From NCBI RefSeq assembly GCF_009914755.1, contig NC_060931.1: a stretch of 64,000 nucleotides of DNA. The stretch is one strand, 5' to 3'. The position numbers and the translations under genes were made by a program. The notes below the pieces were generated by a model. That model made no database searches and was not told the origin of the DNA. It was given only the letters and a program-made list of their open reading frames with translations. Shown here piece by piece: positions 57,953-64,000 of the stretch (its first letter is position 1; each line of letters begins with the position of its first letter). The DNA comes from the human T2T-CHM13v2.0 reference genome, Homo sapiens.

Positions 57953-58378
57953 CTCCCATATGCTGTTAGACACTACAATTTCACTTACATGACTTAAGTA
58001 TAATAAAGCAATCAAAAGTTTTCTCATATATGTGTAAAGATGTGCTATAAACAGTATTCATATCACCCACATAAAAAATAAACTATCAGTAGGAGATAGC
58101 TAAATAAATAATACATTCACAAAATTGAATACTATAAAATTAGTAAACAGATTTTATATAAGTTAATGGCTTATATAAAGCCATTTATATATATATAAAG
58201 CCATTTATATATATATAAAGCCAAAAACTTATATAAAGATTTTATATAAGTTAAAGTCATCTATGACTTAATGAACCTTTTAGCTCTAGCTAAAAGCACA
58301 TTGTTGAAAAGCACAGACATAAGTCAGACATACCTGGGTATAAAACTTCCTCTACCTGACACTTGAGAGTGAGATGGG

Positions 58379-58690
58379 TGCTGGGCGCAATGGCTCACGC
58401 CTATAACCCCAGCACTTTGGGAGGCCGAGGCAGGCAGAACATTCGAGGTCAGGAGTTCAAGACCAGCCTGGCCAACATGGTGAAACCCCGTCTCTACTAA
58501 AAATACAAAAATTAGCCCGGCATGGTGGTGCGCGCTTGTAACCCCAGGTACTCGGGAGGCTAAGGCAGAAGAATAGCTTGAACCTGGGAGGTGGAGGTTG
58601 CAGTGGGCCGAGATGGCACCATTTCACTCCAGCCTGGGTGACAGAGCAAGATTCTGTCTCGAAAAAGAAATAAAATAATAAAATAAAATA
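58379..58690 (+). mobile_element. AluS inserted in a MIR
   Basis: Full Alu with (AAAAT)n tail; MIR-like flanks 58290-58377 and 58780-58890. Confidence 0.93.
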
Positions 58691-59106
58691 GAGTCTTACC
58701 CCCTCCTCAAAAAAAAGTGAGATGGCTTTCGCCTCAAAATGTAACAGATTACAGACTGTAAGAAGACTGTATCTTATCTTCAAACACAATAACATATCTT
58801 CCTCATAAGGTTATTCTGAAGATGAAATTTGATACTGTGTATAAAGCACTTCCCACAATGTCTGGCAATAAAGATGGCTCAGCAACTGAAAGCCATCATT
58901 ATGCGCCAAAAACACTAAGTTGTGAGGAATTGATGATAGCTCCTACCATCCCCAACGCTCCCCATGCACATACATACAAAATGAGATATTCTTCTAAAAA
59001 GAATGCCAATCAAATTTTAGTGTACACAGGAGAGAGAAAAGAAAACATGTTTCAATTAGACAAGGACACAGATGTTAGGAATCATTTCTTAAAAAACAAG
59101 CTAAGT

Positions 59107-59461
<355 letters not shown>

Positions 59462-59467
59462 TCACTA

Positions 59468-59910
<443 letters not shown>

Positions 59911-60731
59911 GATTTATGATCCATGATACTTTAATTAAAGTGACAGAGCATTTCATCATTCTAATGATAAATCGTATCAGGAGATTTTTTAAAGAATCAT
60001 AGAAATCTTATCTTGCGAATGCAGTTTTTGACTTTAGAAGCTTTAAACAATTATGAAGAACAGATGCAAAGAACACCTGTGTATATAAAAAAGCCAGGAT
60101 GGGTTTGGGCATCTCACAACGGGCTTCTACCTTCATGTCATTCAGTAAAAGTTAGCAAATGAATTTACAGAGGAAGGTTTAGAGTTTATTTCATTCTGTG
60201 GGGAGATAATAAGGGGTTAACAAGGAAAAGGGAAAACTAAATATCAAGAGATTAAAAAACAAAGTTAACATTTAGGAATCAGAACACCACTTTTAGTCCA
60301 ACTCTATAAATGGCTAAATGTTGTTTAATGTTACCAAACATTACTTGATCAGATTGTCTTTGAATTTATGGGATACCATGAAGTTCTCTTTAAAGATTCC
60401 ATTATGTGAAATAAAGAGGTTGGCCTTGGATCAGCACTGTTTCTCTATATTTACTTTCACCCAAAACACTATTAACTAGCACATTCAGATCAGAGCATTT
60501 CTGTTGAGGCGAGCTTGCTATGTTGTTAAAAAAAAAAAAGAGGTGAAATGACATACGGATTTTTTTCTTTTTTTGCCTCACTTTGGGATTATCTTTCAAC
60601 AATCATCAAGGATTTCACAGACTCTCAAGTCCCCAAGTAAAGTTTGATGACTATCATCATAGAAAGAACACTGTACAAGTAGCTGAGAATCCCAAGTTCT
60701 GGTTCTAGCTCTACCACTAACGACCTATGCG

Positions 60732-60932
60732 CAGGACCAGCCAGCTTTGGTGGGTGTGAGACCTGTGCAGTCAGACGAGGCTGACTGACTCAGTGAGGAC
60801 TCCACATTCAGAAGGACCCCATGTTTGGTTTCATTCTCTGATGCTGCCATTTTGAAATTCTAATAATTTCTTAACAAGAGCCTCAAATTTACATTTTGTA
60901 CTAGGCTCTACAAATTGTGTAGTTTTTGCCTG
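60732..60932 (+). mobile_element. MER91A-like hAT MITE inserted in a MIR
   Basis: GAGACCTGTGCAGTCAGAC...TCAGAAGGACCCC...TTGAAATTCTAATAATTT...TTTGTACTAGGCTCTACAAATTGTGTAG. Confidence 0.8.
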
Positions 60933-61255
60933 TGTGAGTTTTGCAAGCCACTTGAGCTAATTCTCATTTTGCTCAAAGTAATTACAAACCCAACACTCCC
61001 TTTCCCCCATGCTGCATTACCAGAACATAAATTTTACATTAGATAGTGCTTTCTGATCCTAAAGCCAACTCAAAGAATCTCATTTCCAAGAGATTTCATT
61101 TAGAAGACAGAGCCTATCACTGTTGCCCCAACCCTTTCCTTGTCTGAACCTTCCATTAAATAATTAGGTGCCCTCTACCATTAATTGTGCTTTCTATCTT
61201 AAAGGTATATTTGATTACCACATTTTTTTCAAAAGTGCCTTTGTTCAAATACTCA

Positions 61256-61652
<397 letters not shown>

Positions 61653-63043
61653 TTAAAAAAAAAAAAACTTCACTGCTAACCTTTAAATAATACATTAATC
61701 AGAACAAAATGTTACGAAAATTAAAATGCTGAGTGCGGTAGAGAGTATAGCACAGTTACAGGTATATGGATCTGTCTCCTTAGTGTAATTCAAGAGGTCG
61801 TAAACACAGCACTTAGTGTTTCACCATCACTTCTGTTTGGCCCCAAATTCCTACCATTATAATTATTTTAGACTTAAAAATCCATAAAGATGCTGCTCCA
61901 GTGTGTAACGTAAGAGAGGAAATGTGATGGTGTATCTGGGGCTTTCCATTTACCACATTAACAAATGATATCAAGCAGGACAGGTATCTCCCACTTAAGC
62001 AGTAATCTGCTTCAGAAAAACCTGATGTTCTGAGTGAAAATTCTGATAGCCTATTATTTATTAAGTGGAAGAAAATAGAGCGTTTTTATATCAACCTAAA
62101 CCCCTCACAACCAGCTTTTAACCACCTAAAGAAAACAGTAAAATAGACACTCACCAAATGCCAAGGTGCGTGGACAAATGTTATAAACCATATATTAAGG
62201 TGTAAAGGGCTACAAGCATCACTTCCTGCTCATACAATGAATAAGATGTTAACATACAGTGTCGTAGGCCCTACTTGGCCTTTCGCTGTCAGCAGAAAAC
62301 ATGCACATCTCCTTAGTTGGCACCTGCACTACATTTCAAGGCATCTCCACATGATTCTGATGTTCTACTAACTGTAATGTAAATCACATGTTATTTTGTT
62401 AAAAACATTGAGATTGGAAGATGTAAATGTAAGTAGGTGCCTTATAAGCATCAGCAAAAAGCAAAACAAGAAACAAAAACATCTTAGTGAGAGCTCAGTC
62501 TAGCCTGTGGAGATTGGATTTCAAAAATCAGGAGGCAATCCACTGGGCAACCATTCACTGGAAAAATATTCTTCAGGTTATGTCTGAATTTTATTCGGTA
62601 GCTAAACTAGCTAAACTACACTCTAGGTAGGTGTTACAAGCTGTAGGGCAAGCAAAATAAATGACGTTGCTGACTTTAAAAGACTTGAAAATAATGGTAC
62701 TATGAGAGCCCAGTAGAGCATTAATATGGCTTTTTTAGTTATAATAAGTACATGCCAACTGGACAGACTGCTTTGATTTAACTGGACAAATGACAGACAA
62801 ATAAATTTTGGCTAAGATTATTGAGATGCCATGGAGCTGAGAAACATGATGCAGCCACCTAAAAGTTAGATAACATAAACACAAGAATTCCAGACCAAAT
62901 CTCTCACTCTATGTAAGATTTGGTGAAGTCATTTAATCTTTCTTAGTTTCAGCTATGTACTGTAAAGATTAGATGAGTTAATGTTGTAAGCTTTTAAACA
63001 AATGACAGGACACACAAGGGAACACCAAGTATTTTTGTAGATA

Positions 63044-63649
63044 CAGCAGGTCCTCGAATAATGTCATTTTGTTCGATATTGTTTTGTTATAACGCTGATG
63101 AGAAAAAATGAAAATCAATTCCCGGCCAGAGCACTGTCTGTGTGGAGTTTGCATGTTCTCCCCATGTCTGGATAGGTTTCCTCTGGGCACTCCAGCTTCC
63201 TCCAGCATCCCAAAGATATGTACATTAGGTAAACTGGCATGTCTCAATTGCCCCATGACAAGTAGGTGTGGGTATGGGCATGAGTGCACTCAGTGATGTG
63301 ATGATGTCCTGTCCAGGGTAGGTTCCCATCTTGCACCCTAAGCTTCTGGGAGAGGTTCCGGTCACCCAACACTCTGAACTGGGATAATTAGGTAAATAAT
63401 TATCTTACTTGTTCATATTAATCTTTCTTAAATGTACGTATAGCTCACATTTATTTCAGTGTTTAATAACAGAAGTTTTTGGTGTTTACGTAAAAGCTTA
63501 GTGATATTTTTGTGACCAAGAATATGCCATAGACACTTCACATTTGCTTATATCAATTAGTCAGTGGGAAAATTGGTTTGTTATATGGCGTGTCATTTAA
63601 AGTCACAGTTTCCAAAAACCCATCAATGATGTTAAGTGAGAACTTACTG
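63044..63649 (+). mobile_element. MER6A (TcMar-Tigger non-autonomous element)
   Basis: TIRs CAGCAGGTCCTCGAATAATGTC / GATGTTAAGTGAGAACTTACTG; TA TSDs; internal TGTGTGGAGTTTGCATGTTCTCCCCATGTCTG. Confidence 0.9.
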
Positions 63650-63654
63650 TATAC

Positions 63655-63850
63655 ACAGCTGGGTTTGAATTCTTTGCCAGCTGTGTAAGCTTGGGCAAAT
63701 TATTGAACTTCTCCAGGCTTTCATTCTCCCATGTGCACAGTGAAAACAACTATATGTACTTTGCAGAACAGAAATAGTGTTAGAAATATATGGAAAGTGC
63801 CTAGCAAAGCATCTGGACCATAGCAGACAGTCAGTAAATGCTACTGATTA
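63655..63850 (+). mobile_element. MIR
   Basis: CTGGGTTTGAATTC...GCTGTGTAAGCTTGGGCAAATTATTGAACTTCTC...AAAGTGCCTAGCA. Confidence 0.8.
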
Positions 63851-64000
63851 ATTTGCCCCTTACTAGTAAAACTCCGAAAACTTTCACTCTTCTCCATCTA
63901 AGTAACCAGCTCATTGACTCATGCCTCTACCTTGTTTTTACCCAGAACACTTAACTTCTTAAATTTCTGTCCCTTACCACAACTTCTTGTTTCTCCACTG

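Overview
Human genomic DNA: a near-consensus AluYa5, a human-specific subfamily, is present. It is AT-rich and CpG-poor, with no CpG island and no recognisable multi-codon coding exon, RNA gene or CRISPR. It reads as a deep intron of a large gene, probably on the minus strand (inferred from L1/LTR orientation bias; host not identified). Much of it is interspersed repeat: about 32 Alu/FAM elements, one L1PA3, older L1M/L2/MIR fragments, several solo LTRs, one two-LTR MER34-like ERV1 provirus (about 8.5 kb, no ORFs) and DNA transposons (MADE1, MER91A, MER6A). Nearly all listed ORFs are Alu/L1-derived or chance. I found no convincing new biological system. The best leads are two candidate minus-strand microexons (25+26 nt, jointly frame-preserving), several fold-back/templated-insertion scars, a 46-bp perfect AT-rich palindrome inside an Alu, a possibly polymorphic AluYa5 and several repeat-free enhancer-like blocks. 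Repeat subfamilies were called by eye from remembered consensus features, and boundaries of old repeats are approximate.
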